A stretch of 64,000 nt of DNA from Deinococcales bacterium (GTDB taxonomy: Bacteria > Deinococcota > Deinococci > Deinococcales > JAAFIG01): contig JANNVX010000075.1 in the NCBI GenBank assembly GCA_031414595.1, positions 28,347 through 92,346 on the forward strand, in the 5' to 3' direction. Made by a program: the position numbers and the translations under genes. The notes under the pieces are model-generated. The model had not been told where the DNA came from, searched no databases, and saw only the letters and a program-made list of their open reading frames with translations. Position 1 is the stretch's first letter. The number at the start of each line of letters is the position of its first letter. Below are positions 20,291-30,288 of the stretch, piece after piece.

Positions 20291-20319
20291 ATCTTAAAAA
20301 TGCGATTCTGGCGGACACT
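20287..20319 (+). pseudogene. N-terminal remnant of a PIN toxin
   Basis: GTGA overlap with the antitoxin stop, reads (M)NLKNAILADT; compare MAIIADT at 10338. Confidence 0.55.
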
Positions 20320-20340
20320 CAGTCTTACTTTTGGGGAAAC

Positions 20341-20742
20341 CTACTGGTCTTCAGAGATGACTACCAAGCCTTCGAGAAAATCAAAATGTTTTTTGTTGTG
20401 TGTCACAAGTGGAATCTCTAAAACTAAAGCCGTGGCTGCAATCCATGCGTCGGCTAGGTCTAGCACAAAGCCTTTTTGTCTGGCTTGTACCCGAATCTCG
20501 GCGCATTTGGTGCAAATTAGATCAGTGGTTTGGACAACTCGAAAGGATTCAAACAATACCTCGAGTTGTGAAATTCGTACTTTTCCCCACTTGGCTTTGA
20601 ATGCACCGTAACGCAGTTCTTCTACTGTCTGAGCGGCTGTAAAAAGCATTTGTCCTTGTAGTTTGGCTTTGTATATAACCCCTAAGGTATGTCGGTTAAA
20701 AATATAACTGATCACATTTGTATCTACGACAACTGGGTTCAT
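20341..20742 (-). CDS. PIN-domain toxin (VapC)
   Basis: VVVDTNVIS, EEL.YG, DAWIAATAL, LVTHN.KHF. Confidence 0.93.
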   Translation of the reverse strand: MNPVVVDTNVISYIFNRHTLGVIYKAKLQGQMLFTAAQTVEELRYGAFKAKWGKVRISQLEVLFESFRVVQTTDLICTKCAEIRVQARQKGFVLDLADAWIAATALVLEIPLVTHNKKHFDFLEGLVVISEDQ

Positions 20743-20972
20743 GCGATTGAAGTTTGTTCGGCAACGATTTTTTCACGGTACTTTTCAAATTCAAGTCGTT
20801 CAAGCCGCTCAAGTTCAAGTTCAACCATGATTGCTTGATTATTGATTTTTTCTTCGGTTGTCCATTCTGGAATGAATTGCTCAAGTTCTGCCCAATTTAC
20901 GGGTTTAAGACCGTGTAGCAGTTCCTTAAGTAAAGGACTGAATGGTTTTTTGGTTTGTTCTTGGTATTCCAT
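20739..20972 (-). CDS. putative antitoxin
   Basis: 77 aa, ATGA overlap with PIN gene, leaderless TAGAAT-6-ATG. Confidence 0.7.
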   Translation of the reverse strand: MEYQEQTKKPFSPLLKELLHGLKPVNWAELEQFIPEWTTEEKINNQAIMVELELERLERLEFEKYREKIVAEQTSIA

Positions 20973-21026
20973 AGCCAGATTCTAGCAGAACCCCCGCCTA
21001 ATCCCAAACACGCTATAATCAGCCGC

Positions 21027-23846
21027 GTGTACCTGAAAACACTGGGAGGACTGCGACTCGAGGGGAGTGCTTTGACCCGCCCTAAGCCATTGGCGCTGCT
21101 GGCATACCTTGCGCTCGAGGGTCTTAAACCCCGTGGTCATGTGCGTGATTTTTTTTGGGGCGCTTCGGGCGACGCGGCGACGAATTTGCGAATGGCATTG
21201 AAGCAATTGCGAACAGCAGGGGCGTTGCTCGAGAAATCAGATTCGCTTTTGTGTCTTGTGCCTTCGGATGCTACAGATTTACTCAAAGCGCTTGATGCAG
21301 GACATGACCAAGAAGCTACTGTCTTGTATACGGGTACTTTTTTGCATGGCTTGGATTTGGGCATTCCCGAATTTGAAGAATGGACTTTGACCACTGGCGA
21401 ATACCTTGCTGCACGGGTTTCCTTGGCGCATTTGCGACTGTCCGAAGCAGCGTTACTTAAAAAAGATTTGGGTCTGGCAACTCGAGAAGCCGAAGCTGCT
21501 TATAGTGTTGAAGGCAATTCGACTTTAGAACCCGATGTGCTGCTGCGGGTATTACGGGTGCTTGAATTGTGTCACGCCGATTTAGCGGTGCTGGTGCGCC
21601 GAGAAGCCCTAGAATTGGGTTTGACGATTCCCAATGTTAAGCCTTTGGCGAATCCCAGTCCGTTACCTGTGCCGCTTCACCGATTTATGCAGCGTGTCGA
21701 ACAAACCGTGTTGCTAGAGTATTTACAAGACAACCGTTTAATCACGATTGTTGGTTATGGTGGGGCTGGTAAATCCAGTTTAGCCCTCGAGGTGGCACGG
21801 GTGGTGCAAACCAATTTGGCTGTTTTTTTTGTGCCGCTCGAAGCAGTTTTGGATAGTGCTGGAATTGCCTCAGTCTGCCTTCGGGTCATGGGCGAAACAG
21901 ACATCAAACCAAATTCGTTCGAGCAATTAAAACAACGCATTGGACAAGAAAAAACCTTGTTGGTACTGGATAACTTTGAGCATCTGCTCGAGTTCGCGCC
22001 GTCCGTACTGGAATTACTGACCGCTTGTTCGGCTTTGCAAGTGCTTGTCACCAGTCGGGAGCGTCTGCATATCCTTGGGGAAACAGTGCTACCACTTTCG
22101 GGTTTTGATTCGGATGCCGTTGCCCTCGAGTTCTTTGTTTTTTGTGCTTTGCGTTCTGGGGTTAAAATAAAAACCTCTGAGGTTACTGCCCTACAAATCT
22201 GTACTTTACTCGAGCGGTACCCATTGGCGCTTGAATTGGCAGCCGCCCTGACACCTATTTTATCGCTACCAGAGATGTTAAGTGCCTTACAAGAACACTT
22301 GGATATTCTGGGTGCAACCCCTTGGCAAGCAGGGCGACATAACGGCATGAGGGCGGTATTTAACTGGTCGTGGTCATTGCTGACCAATCCACAACGCTTT
22401 GCACTGGCGCGATTAGCGGTTTTTAAGGATGGTTTTGCCAGAGCCGCCGCGCTGAGCGTCATAGACAGCAATTTAACCATGTTGGTCGCCTTACTGCAAA
22501 AATCCTTGGTACAAAACCAGCACAACGGGCGGTACAGGCTGCATCCACTGATTGCCCAGTATTGCCTAGAAGCCCTAGAAGCCATCCCGCTCGAGACGAG
22601 TAAAGCAAGAAGCCACCATGCCCAGTTTTTTCTCAATTGGCTCGAGCTAAACGCCGCCGATGTTCGCAGTGACAAAGCGGGTGGTGTATTAAGTGCTTTT
22701 GAGACTGACTTGGAAAATTGTAAAAGTGCATGGCTGTGGTTGTGCGCTAATCCAGATGCAGCGCGGTTTGAACGATTACAAGACATGGTTTTATTATTTG
22801 ATGCGAGGGCGAGGTTTACCGAAGGGATACAGCTTTTTGAAACAGCCATTGATACCCTCGAGCCGAAGATGGCATTAAGTCAAAGCGCAGGATCGAGCGA
22901 TGAAACTTTGCTACGGGCAATGGCAGTGTTACACATCAATGCGGCTTGGTTGAATACACGAGTAGATCAGAATATGGCAGTTTTAGAACACGCGACTCGA
23001 GCCGACGAAATTTTGCAACATGTAGATTCACCAATGCTTAGGATAAAGACGTTGACAGTGTTGGGTAATACCAGTCGTAATCTCGGACAATTTCAAAAAG
23101 CGCTCGAGTATTTTCAGCAATCTTTGGTGTTGGCAAGACAATTAAATGCAGACTATAGAATTGCCTTAGCTCTATCAAATATTGGCAATAGCTTATTGAC
23201 TCTAGGGGAGTATGAATTTGCCTTAAATCATTTCCAAGAGGCGCACGATATTTTTTTAACACACCAAGATGTCATCAATGCAAATGCAACCACTACAAGT
23301 GTTATTCATCTTTTTATTTTTTGCTTGGATAAAGACCCAAACGAAATCCATGATGTATTACTTGGTGAAATCTCAAAAGCCGAGCATTATGGACAAGTGA
23401 CTCAACTTTTCACACTAAAGACATATCTTATTTTTACCTATTCTAACTTGGGGTATTTTCACCAAGCTGAACAGCTTTGTGCTTCCATGCAAAAAATTAA
23501 GGTAGACCACCAAGCGCTAGATTTGTTTTCGATTGCCTCTGCTTTGATTGATGCAGGTTGCAATCGCTTTGAGGCTGCCGAATTACAACTTTTGAACATA
23601 GCGCAATTAAATCTGGCAAAAAATGCACCCAATCTTGTCCATCAGGCAATGTATCATTACGCTCAGATTACTTTACAACAGCAACATTTTATCAAAACAG
23701 CTAATGCAATTCACTACTTACTGAATCAACAAAATTTAGTGAAATGGGTAGAAAAGAAAGCTCGAGCCTTAGCGCAACAACCTAAAATTCTAGGCTTAAT
23801 TCAAGACCCAAATCTCGAGCTTTCGTTACCGCAACTAGGCTATTAA
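21027..23846 (+). CDS. AfsR/SARP-like regulator (wHTH-BTAD, STAND NTPase, TPR)
   Basis: K.LALLAYLA, LY.G.FL.GL...FEEW, GYGGAGKS, LLVLDNFEHL, TSRE.L, PLALELAA, TPR repeats; TATAAT-7-GTG start. Confidence 0.88.
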   Translation: MYLKTLGGLRLEGSALTRPKPLALLAYLALEGLKPRGHVRDFFWGASGDAATNLRMALKQLRTAGALLEKSDSLLCLVPSDATDLLKALDAGHDQEATVLYTGTFLHGLDLGIPEFEEWTLTTGEYLAARVSLAHLRLSEAALLKKDLGLATREAEAAYSVEGNSTLEPDVLLRVLRVLELCHADLAVLVRREALELGLTIPNVKPLANPSPLPVPLHRFMQRVEQTVLLEYLQDNRLITIVGYGGAGKSSLALEVARVVQTNLAVFFVPLEAVLDSAGIASVCLRVMGETDIKPNSFEQLKQRIGQEKTLLVLDNFEHLLEFAPSVLELLTACSALQVLVTSRERLHILGETVLPLSGFDSDAVALEFFVFCALRSGVKIKTSEVTALQICTLLERYPLALELAAALTPILSLPEMLSALQEHLDILGATPWQAGRHNGMRAVFNWSWSLLTNPQRFALARLAVFKDGFARAAALSVIDSNLTMLVALLQKSLVQNQHNGRYRLHPLIAQYCLEALEAIPLETSKARSHHAQFFLNWLELNAADVRSDKAGGVLSAFETDLENCKSAWLWLCANPDAARFERLQDMVLLFDARARFTEGIQLFETAIDTLEPKMALSQSAGSSDETLLRAMAVLHINAAWLNTRVDQNMAVLEHATRADEILQHVDSPMLRIKTLTVLGNTSRNLGQFQKALEYFQQSLVLARQLNADYRIALALSNIGNSLLTLGEYEFALNHFQEAHDIFLTHQDVINANATTTSVIHLFIFCLDKDPNEIHDVLLGEISKAEHYGQVTQLFTLKTYLIFTYSNLGYFHQAEQLCASMQKIKVDHQALDLFSIASALIDAGCNRFEAAELQLLNIAQLNLAKNAPNLVHQAMYHYAQITLQQQHFIKTANAIHYLLNQQNLVKWVEKKARALAQQPKILGLIQDPNLELSLPQLGY

Positions 23847-24391
23847 GGACCAAAACCAGGTGGAGGAGTCTGTTTAGTGGGTTTGTCGTTATTTGCATCC
23901 CAAGGCTCGGGTTCTTCAAGAGTATCTGGGTCTGGTATCATTGGTACTTCTGGTAACCTTGTATCTTCATCAATAAACCTAAGGTTTTCTGGTCTTTCAT
24001 CAATTTTAATTGGAATGGTTGCCCAAATTCCAGGTAAAGAGCAATCTTTAGCACTCAACTCGCCCACAAATTCGTAGATTTGCCATTTGCTATAGCGCCA
24101 TTGGAATACCCCAGTTTGACTGTGATTTTGCGGGTTAATATCATCGCGGTCAACTGGATCAAACAAATCCCTGTCTACACCAGAAAAGATTTCCCTTCCC
24201 AATTGAAGCACAGGGAGAAAAGGAAAAAGCACTTTCTGAATCCGTTTATCGCCTGGCAATTCCATGTAGCTTGGAATGAGCTTCCGCAACAATCGATCAT
24301 TAAGGTGCAATAAGCAACGATAGACATAAACACGTTCGCCTCCCTTTTCAAGACCCAAGTGACCGCTAAAATTGACAAATTTGATACTCAT
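23843..24391 (-). CDS. hypothetical protein, acidic/Pro-rich tail
   Basis: 182-aa ORF with AAGGAGG RBS and repeat promoter C. Confidence 0.65.
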   Translation of the reverse strand: MSIKFVNFSGHLGLEKGGERVYVYRCLLHLNDRLLRKLIPSYMELPGDKRIQKVLFPFLPVLQLGREIFSGVDRDLFDPVDRDDINPQNHSQTGVFQWRYSKWQIYEFVGELSAKDCSLPGIWATIPIKIDERPENLRFIDEDTRLPEVPMIPDPDTLEEPEPWDANNDKPTKQTPPPGFGP

Positions 24392-24430
24392 AAACCCCTC
24401 CTTGTCACTACTCTCGAGCAGTGTGCCACT

Positions 24431-24465
24431 AGCTTAGCGCATGGGGCGTAAACAAACCGTAAACA
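24431..24465 (-). promoter_or_regulatory. direct-repeat promoter C
   Basis: TGTTTACG x2 (period 11), 10 nt, TAAGCT; repeat identical to promoter B. Confidence 0.72.
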
Positions 24466-24494
24466 CTTCTGGTGGTTTGCTGGTGTCTCGAGAT

Positions 24495-25739
24495 TCAAGC
24501 ATTGGGGAAGCCAATACCCACTCGAGCGCCGTGTTTTATATTCTCGGCTCGAGCCTGCCCGCCGTGAACCTCGGCAATCGCGGCAACGATGGCTAAGCCT
24601 AAGCCAGTGCCTGTGCCGCGTTTAACAAAGGGTTCAAAAACCGTGGGGAGCAAATCGGGTGCAAAGCCAATACCCGTGTCTACAAGCCAAATCCAAGTTT
24701 GTTGGCGGTTGCTTTCTAAAACAAAGTGTTTTGCGCCTCCTCCGTGGTCGTTAGCATTTTTGACAAGGTTCTCGATTGCCAACTCGAGTAAGTCTCGGTC
24801 AGCCCTGATACTGGCGTTACCGATAACTGGCAATTCAAAATTGGCTTCTAAAAAATCGCGCAGCACCACCTCTTGTCCGCTGACTTGTCCGCGTCCCTCG
24901 AGCCGAGCTAAGGTCAGTAAGCTACCCAAAACCCGTTCAGTCCGCCGTACCGCCTCGAGTGCCTGAGCCACTGCCAAAGGTTCGTTGGGGTGGCGCTCGA
25001 GTACCTCCAAATAATTTCGAGCCGCCGTTAATGGATTGCGTAATTCATGTGAGGCGTTATAGGCAAAGCGTTTGGCACTTTGTTCTTGCAGTCTGGCTCG
25101 AGACAAACTGGTGCGTAAATCCTCGAGTAAGCCGTTGAAGGCATGAACGGCTGGTTTTAATTCTGGTAGTGGCGGATTGGCAATGGCTTCGAGTTGATTG
25201 GCGTTACGACTGGCAATATCGGCAGCAAAACGCTCTAAGGGAATTAAGGAGCGGCGCACACCTACCGAACCAAACAGCAGCGCGGTGCTTAAGAGCAAAA
25301 TTGCCCAGAGCCAAATGGTGCTTTGATTGGTGATGGTGAATCCTTCGCTGGGTCGGACTTCCTCGAGTTGCCCTGCACTAAAACGCAGCAAAGCCGGTTC
25401 GCGCCGAGTTTGTAATTGTGCGAGGGTGATTTCCCTGATTGGTGCTTGAGTTGGGGTACTTTTTGGGGTTGGTACGGCTGGTTCAGCACTGATTTTAGCG
25501 GCACTTGCTGGGCTGGTGGTGGCAAAAGGATTGGGGCTATCAGGGACTGGAGCGCTTGGGATGGCTAAATCGGTCAGTGGTTTTTTAGGCGTTTCAACTG
25601 TATTTTGAGTTTGCGGTGTACTTGATACTTTGACAAACTCGAGCGAAGCCGTTTGACGCAAAGAAAACCAGACCATCATCCCGACCAAAACGGCAGCCAG
25701 TGGCGCAAGCCAGAACAGTAAACGCAACCGCAAGGTCAT
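24495..25739 (-). CDS. sensor histidine kinase
   Basis: Two TM, ASHELRNPL H-box, NLVKNA, DTG.G, GTGLGLAIV. Confidence 0.93.
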   Translation of the reverse strand: MTLRLRLLFWLAPLAAVLVGMMVWFSLRQTASLEFVKVSSTPQTQNTVETPKKPLTDLAIPSAPVPDSPNPFATTSPASAAKISAEPAVPTPKSTPTQAPIREITLAQLQTRREPALLRFSAGQLEEVRPSEGFTITNQSTIWLWAILLLSTALLFGSVGVRRSLIPLERFAADIASRNANQLEAIANPPLPELKPAVHAFNGLLEDLRTSLSRARLQEQSAKRFAYNASHELRNPLTAARNYLEVLERHPNEPLAVAQALEAVRRTERVLGSLLTLARLEGRGQVSGQEVVLRDFLEANFELPVIGNASIRADRDLLELAIENLVKNANDHGGGAKHFVLESNRQQTWIWLVDTGIGFAPDLLPTVFEPFVKRGTGTGLGLAIVAAIAEVHGGQARAENIKHGARVGIGFPNA

Positions 25740-26401
25740 GAGGTCGCCCCGTTCATTCGCAGCGCATAACCGACACCGCGCACCGTTTGAATCAGGTTTG
25801 GTGTACCAAGGCTACGACGCAGCGCCGCAACCAAGGCATCTAAGGTGTTGGGGTCTACTTCTTGCCCCCAAACGGCTCGCATTAAAGATTCTCTGGCTAA
25901 GACCCTTTGCGGATGTTCAAAAAGCACTTGGAGCAAACGAAAACCCTTAGGTGTAACCTCGAGTAATTGTCCACCGCGCCGAGCTTCGAGGGTCACAAAG
26001 TCCAGTACCACATCGGCAAAATGACTGCGAATCACTTCAGTTTTACTGCGCCGCAACAGGGCTTCGATGCGGGCTAGAATCTCGGATAAACTGTACGGCT
26101 TAACCACATAATCATCTGCGCCAGCTTTTAAGCCGCGCACCTTGGCACTGACTTCATCTAGGGCAGTCAGCATCAATACTGGCACAACTGAACGCGCCCT
26201 GATATGCTCGAGAACCCCAAAACCATCCATGCCGGGCAGTACAATATCGAGCAGCACCACATCAGGCAGCATCTCGAGCAGTTTTAAGCCAACTGCCCCA
26301 TTCTCGGCTTCTAGCACTTCACAACCCTCGAGCCGTAAGCCCAAAGCCAGCGATGCGCGAACCGCCACATCATCTTCAATCAATAAAACCCGTGCTTTCA
26401 T
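25736..26401 (-). CDS. OmpR/PhoB-family response regulator
   Basis: LIEDD, LLDIVLPG.DG, GADDYVVKP, IQTVRGVGY. Confidence 0.95.
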   Translation of the reverse strand: MKARVLLIEDDVAVRASLALGLRLEGCEVLEAENGAVGLKLLEMLPDVVLLDIVLPGMDGFGVLEHIRARSVVPVLMLTALDEVSAKVRGLKAGADDYVVKPYSLSEILARIEALLRRSKTEVIRSHFADVVLDFVTLEARRGGQLLEVTPKGFRLLQVLFEHPQRVLARESLMRAVWGQEVDPNTLDALVAALRRSLGTPNLIQTVRGVGYALRMNGATS

Positions 26402-26433
26402 CAGAGTATTCTACCCAAGTTACCTGATTTTTC

Positions 26434-26530
26434 TCTGAAAAATGAGTAAGCACTGCTATCTGAAAAATGAGTAAGCACTGTTCTCTGAAAATAAAAAGGC
26501 ACTGCTATCTGGGAGGGGACAGCAGTGCTG
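26434..26530 (+). repeat. degenerating 24-25-bp tandem repeat (3-4 copies) in a divergent intergenic region
   Basis: TCTGAAAAATGAGTAAGCACTG at 26434 and 26459; variants at 26484 and 26508. Confidence 0.85.
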
Positions 26531-26600
26531 GTCAGAATCATACACTTTCTCGAGTGGGTCATTTGGTCATCCATCACACCAAGACTTTGTAAACTATGCT

Positions 26601-26894
26601 ATGCCGATTTGGACACCGTGGCTGGGAGTCGCACTTTACTTAATAAACCTCTGCCTAGGACTGGGTTTACAATTGCGCCTGTACCATTTACAGCGTGCTA
26701 AATGGGTGCATCATGCCCTGTACTTTTGTGTTTTTGTGGCTGCCATTGCCAGTGCGCTCTCGAGTTCACGCTGGTGGGTGATGATTCCAACCCTGATTTG
26801 CTTAACTGTACTACCGCGTTTTAAGGGTGGCTCGAGACCCCACGCACTACTGACCATATCAGGTTTACTGGGCTATGTTCTGCTTTTGATTTGA
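26601..26894 (+). CDS. small membrane protein
   Basis: 97 aa, hydrophobic, W.HHALYF motif. Confidence 0.7.
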   Translation: MPIWTPWLGVALYLINLCLGLGLQLRLYHLQRAKWVHHALYFCVFVAAIASALSSSRWWVMIPTLICLTVLPRFKGGSRPHALLTISGLLGYVLLLI

Positions 26895-26959
26895 AGCCTA
26901 GGGGGACATGATTATTGGCTCAAACCAGTAGAATACAGTATTAGTCGAGGAGTGAGCCA

Positions 26960-27745
26960 ATGGATTTTTTTGAAGTGCTGCATAATCGCAAGACCACCAA
27001 CGGACCATTTGACCCGCGTCCAGTCAGTCGTGAACACCAAAAAACCCTGATGGAAGCGGCTTCCAGAGCGCCGAGTCATTTTAATTCGCAACCGTGGCGG
27101 TTTGTGCTGTGTGAAGAGAAAGCCCGGATTCTCGAGGTGGCAGAATTGGCAGGGTACTCGATGGAGCGCTTAATTCAAGAAGGGTTATTTTTTGACCGCT
27201 ACAGACCGTATTTTCGCTTCTCCGAGGCAGAATTATCAGCCCGTGGCGATGGAATTCACTTTGACCAACTGCCGGGTCCCTTAAAACCCTTTGCTAAACA
27301 AGTGATGTCACCGACAGGTGTGAACATCATGCGGAGTTTGGGTGTGCCAAAAATGCTTGGCAAAGATAATAAAGACCTTGTGGCAGGAAGCCCGTTGCTC
27401 TTGGGGGTGATGCTCGATAAAGCCGAGTACATTCCCGGTAAGTTATCTGGGTTTTACAGTATTTTTGGTATGGGCGCAGCCATGGAAAACATTTGGCTTT
27501 CGACCCACGCGCTCGGCATGGGGATTCAATTTATCAGCACCCCAATGGAAATCCCAGAGTGCTGGGAAAAAATGAAGAGCATCCTCAAAGTCCCAGAACA
27601 TTTGGAACTCATGGCGGTCTACCGACTTGGCTACTTAAAAGAGGGCAACCGCCGTCCAACCATCGATTGGAGCAGTCGGCATCGCAAGAAACTATCACAA
27701 TATGTCTACCGCGAAACCTGCGAAACCCCAGAAAGTGATGAATAA
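26960..27745 (+). CDS. nitroreductase-family protein
   Basis: RKT...[26 protein letters not shown]. Confidence 0.9.
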   Translation: MDFFEVLHNRKTTNGPFDPRPVSREHQKTLMEAASRAPSHFNSQPWRFVLCEEKARILEVAELAGYSMERLIQEGLFFDRYRPYFRFSEAELSARGDGIHFDQLPGPLKPFAKQVMSPTGVNIMRSLGVPKMLGKDNKDLVAGSPLLLGVMLDKAEYIPGKLSGFYSIFGMGAAMENIWLSTHALGMGIQFISTPMEIPECWEKMKSILKVPEHLELMAVYRLGYLKEGNRRPTIDWSSRHRKKLSQYVYRETCETPESDE

Positions 27746-28794
27746 TGCCCGAACCTCGTATTCTTGCCGTTGGCACAGCCTTACCGCCCCACAAAGTTAG
27801 CCAAGATGCCGTGCGGCATTTAATCGGCGCGATTTTTAAGAATACCTCACGCGACTTAGAACGTTTACTCGGTGTTTTTGATAATGGTCATGTCAAAAGT
27901 CGCTACCTAAGCGCTCCACTCGAGTGGTATTACGAACTGCGAAGTTGGACTGAACGCAACCAAATTTATGTCGAGCAAGCCCGTGAACTCTCCGAACAGG
28001 CTGCAAAAATCGCGCTCGAGAAAGCTGGGCTAAGCGCCGACCAACTGAGTGCGATTATCTTTGTCTCGAGTACCGGACTGGCTACCCCCAGCTTGGACAG
28101 TTGGTTAATCAAAACCCTAGGCATGAACCGCCACGCGATGCGCTTACCCGTATGGGGACTTGGCTGTGCGGGTGGGGCAGCCGGCATCAACCGCGCCGCC
28201 GAGTACATCCGCGCTAAACCGGGCAGCCATGTGTTACTGGTTGCGGTCGAATGCTCGAGCCTGACCTTCCAAGCCAACGACCCCAGCCGAGCCAATTTGG
28301 TCAGCACCAGCCTCTTTGCTGATGGTGCAGCCGCCGTAATTTTATCCGACCAACTCGGTACAGGCTTAACTGTCCTAGGCGGCTCGAGTACGCTTTGGGA
28401 CGACACCGAAGAAGTTATGGGTTGGGAAATTGTAGACACGGGTTTCAAAGTTCTGCTCTCTAAAAGCGTGCCTTTGGTGGTCGAAAAACATATCCGCGCT
28501 GATGTGTTGCGCTGCCTCGAACAATTTAACCTGAGCCTAGCGCAAATCCAGCATTTCATCACCCACCCCGGCGGCGAAAAAGTCATGCAAGCCTTTGCCG
28601 AAGCCCTAGGTATCGCCGATACAAAACTCGAGCATTCCAAAAATATCCTCGAGAACCACGGCAACATGAGCAGCCCGACTGTCTTATTCATTTTGGAGAA
28701 ATTTATGCAGCAACCCATTCCAAAAAATGAGTACGCCCTTTTAACGGCAATGGGACCGGGATTCAGTGCTGAACATGTGGTTTTAAGGGCTTAG
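27745..28794 (+). CDS. type III polyketide synthase
   Basis: GLGCAGG (Cys), LFADGAAA, HPGG (His), GNMSS (Asn), MGPGF. Confidence 0.95.
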   Translation: MPEPRILAVGTALPPHKVSQDAVRHLIGAIFKNTSRDLERLLGVFDNGHVKSRYLSAPLEWYYELRSWTERNQIYVEQARELSEQAAKIALEKAGLSADQLSAIIFVSSTGLATPSLDSWLIKTLGMNRHAMRLPVWGLGCAGGAAGINRAAEYIRAKPGSHVLLVAVECSSLTFQANDPSRANLVSTSLFADGAAAVILSDQLGTGLTVLGGSSTLWDDTEEVMGWEIVDTGFKVLLSKSVPLVVEKHIRADVLRCLEQFNLSLAQIQHFITHPGGEKVMQAFAEALGIADTKLEHSKNILENHGNMSSPTVLFILEKFMQQPIPKNEYALLTAMGPGFSAEHVVLRA

Positions 28795-28915
28795 TGCTTT
28801 GTCGTTTAAGTCCTTCAACTCATCGTACCTCGAGACTACGGACTCCACGACAAAGCACCTTTCGGTACTCGCATAGCTCGCCAAGTCTACCGACTTGTCC
28901 GACACTGCACTTAGA
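28795..28915. repeat. multi-hairpin intergenic element (REP/MITE-like)
   Basis: GTGCTTTGTCGT...ACGACAAAGCAC 12-bp inverted repeat plus AAGTC-TACC-GACTT hairpin. Confidence 0.45.
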
Positions 28916-29011
28916 GGCAAGTAAAAAATAAGTCCCTGATTTAAGAATGAATGGCATTAACAAAGGCTACCCAAAAATAGCAAAGGTAGCCTTTTGGCGC
29001 TCGAGTAAAAT

Positions 29012-30205
29012 CTAATTGCTTTGCCGCACACCAATACCCGCATTGGTGGTGTTGGCAGTTAAATTGAGGGTGATTGCCGCATCGGTGGCAGAACGCCCCG
29101 TGTTGGTGGTAAGCCAAGCATCGAATTCGGTGACTCGAGCATAGACTCCGGGCGTGTTGATTTCTTCGCAGGTTTGGCTACCAAAAGAAACCACACCAAC
29201 TTGGCGCAGAGGATTTTGGGTAAAGAGTGGTCCACCGCTATCGCCTTGGCAGGATTCACGCACAATATTGTCGCCTGCTGGGGTTTTAGCACACAACATT
29301 TTACTGGTTGCATTCCAAGCTACTTGGCAAGCGGCATCAGTTGCAATTTCTTGTCCAACTTCACGCAGCACCGTAGAAGTGGGTCCACCATTGCTGGTGC
29401 GTCCCCAACCGATGACTCGTGCAGCCGTACCAGCCGAATTTAAATTGGTTTCATTAGCACCAGATGGAATAATCGGCGTGGCTGTGGCATTGGCTGCCAG
29501 TTTTAAGAGCAGCATGTCGTTGTTAAAACCGGCATAATCAGGGTGACGAATGATTTGGGTCACATCCAGAGATTGCCCTTGGAGCGGGACTGCCGCCAAG
29601 TCTGTCACCCCAGAACGCACTTGAACATCGGCAGCTTGGGAGGTTTGGGCAAATGTTATCCCATCAAAAAAGCAGTGTGCCGCCGTTAAAACCCAACGAG
29701 GGGCAATGATAGAACCTCCACAAAATGCAAACCCAGTGTTGTTTTTATTGACCAATGCCACTTGAAAAGGGTACACACTGGCATTGGCTACCACTGTACC
29801 ATTGATGATTTGAGGTCGGAGTTGGTTTGCTTGCGGTTGCACTTGGCTCGAGGTCAGGGTCACGCTTTGAGCGGCGTTGTATCCAAGGCGCATTTTGACC
29901 CCGAGTTTGACATTGCCTTGCGGAACATCGGTCAAGGTATATGAGCCTGTTGCCGTGGTCAGCACGCTTTTTTCACTCACATCCAGAGCGTTATTGCCAT
30001 TGGTGTCAACATAGACCGTCCAATCCTTTAAGCCAAGTTCACCTGCTTCTCGAGCGCTGTTCTTATTCAGGTCATCGAAGACAATCCCGCTCAGGCTGGC
30101 GGTGGTGACGGGTGGCGGAGTCGGTGGGGTTGGGGTTGTACAACCAATCAAAGTAAGCAGTGCTGCGAGACCAGAAAGTGGGGCTTTAAGAACATATTTT
30201 TTCAT
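29012..30205 (-). CDS. lipoprotein: SdrD-B-like domain plus trypsin-like serine protease
   Basis: LIGC lipobox; SG.VFDDLN.N...GE.GL..WTVY.D.NGN; IING, CGGS, LTAAHC, NDMLLL, GDSGGP. Confidence 0.92.
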   Translation of the reverse strand: MKKYVLKAPLSGLAALLTLIGCTTPTPPTPPPVTTASLSGIVFDDLNKNSAREAGELGLKDWTVYVDTNGNNALDVSEKSVLTTATGSYTLTDVPQGNVKLGVKMRLGYNAAQSVTLTSSQVQPQANQLRPQIINGTVVANASVYPFQVALVNKNNTGFAFCGGSIIAPRWVLTAAHCFFDGITFAQTSQAADVQVRSGVTDLAAVPLQGQSLDVTQIIRHPDYAGFNNDMLLLKLAANATATPIIPSGANETNLNSAGTAARVIGWGRTSNGGPTSTVLREVGQEIATDAACQVAWNATSKMLCAKTPAGDNIVRESCQGDSGGPLFTQNPLRQVGVVSFGSQTCEEINTPGVYARVTEFDAWLTTNTGRSATDAAITLNLTANTTNAGIGVRQSN

Positions 30206-30288
30206 ATCATTTCTCCTATACTCTCATCTACACAGATCATTGTTGATCACCATAAAAATAGCATGTGTTACAATAAAACCAAGCTATT

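Noticed and set aside
21755-22849. Long antisense ORFs (also 13533-14282, 27966-28718, 34993-35694)
   Set aside because: Antisense shadows of well-supported genes, with no motifs or start signals.
26434-26530. Possible CRISPR array
   Set aside because: Units are directly adjacent with no unique spacers, and no cas genes are present.
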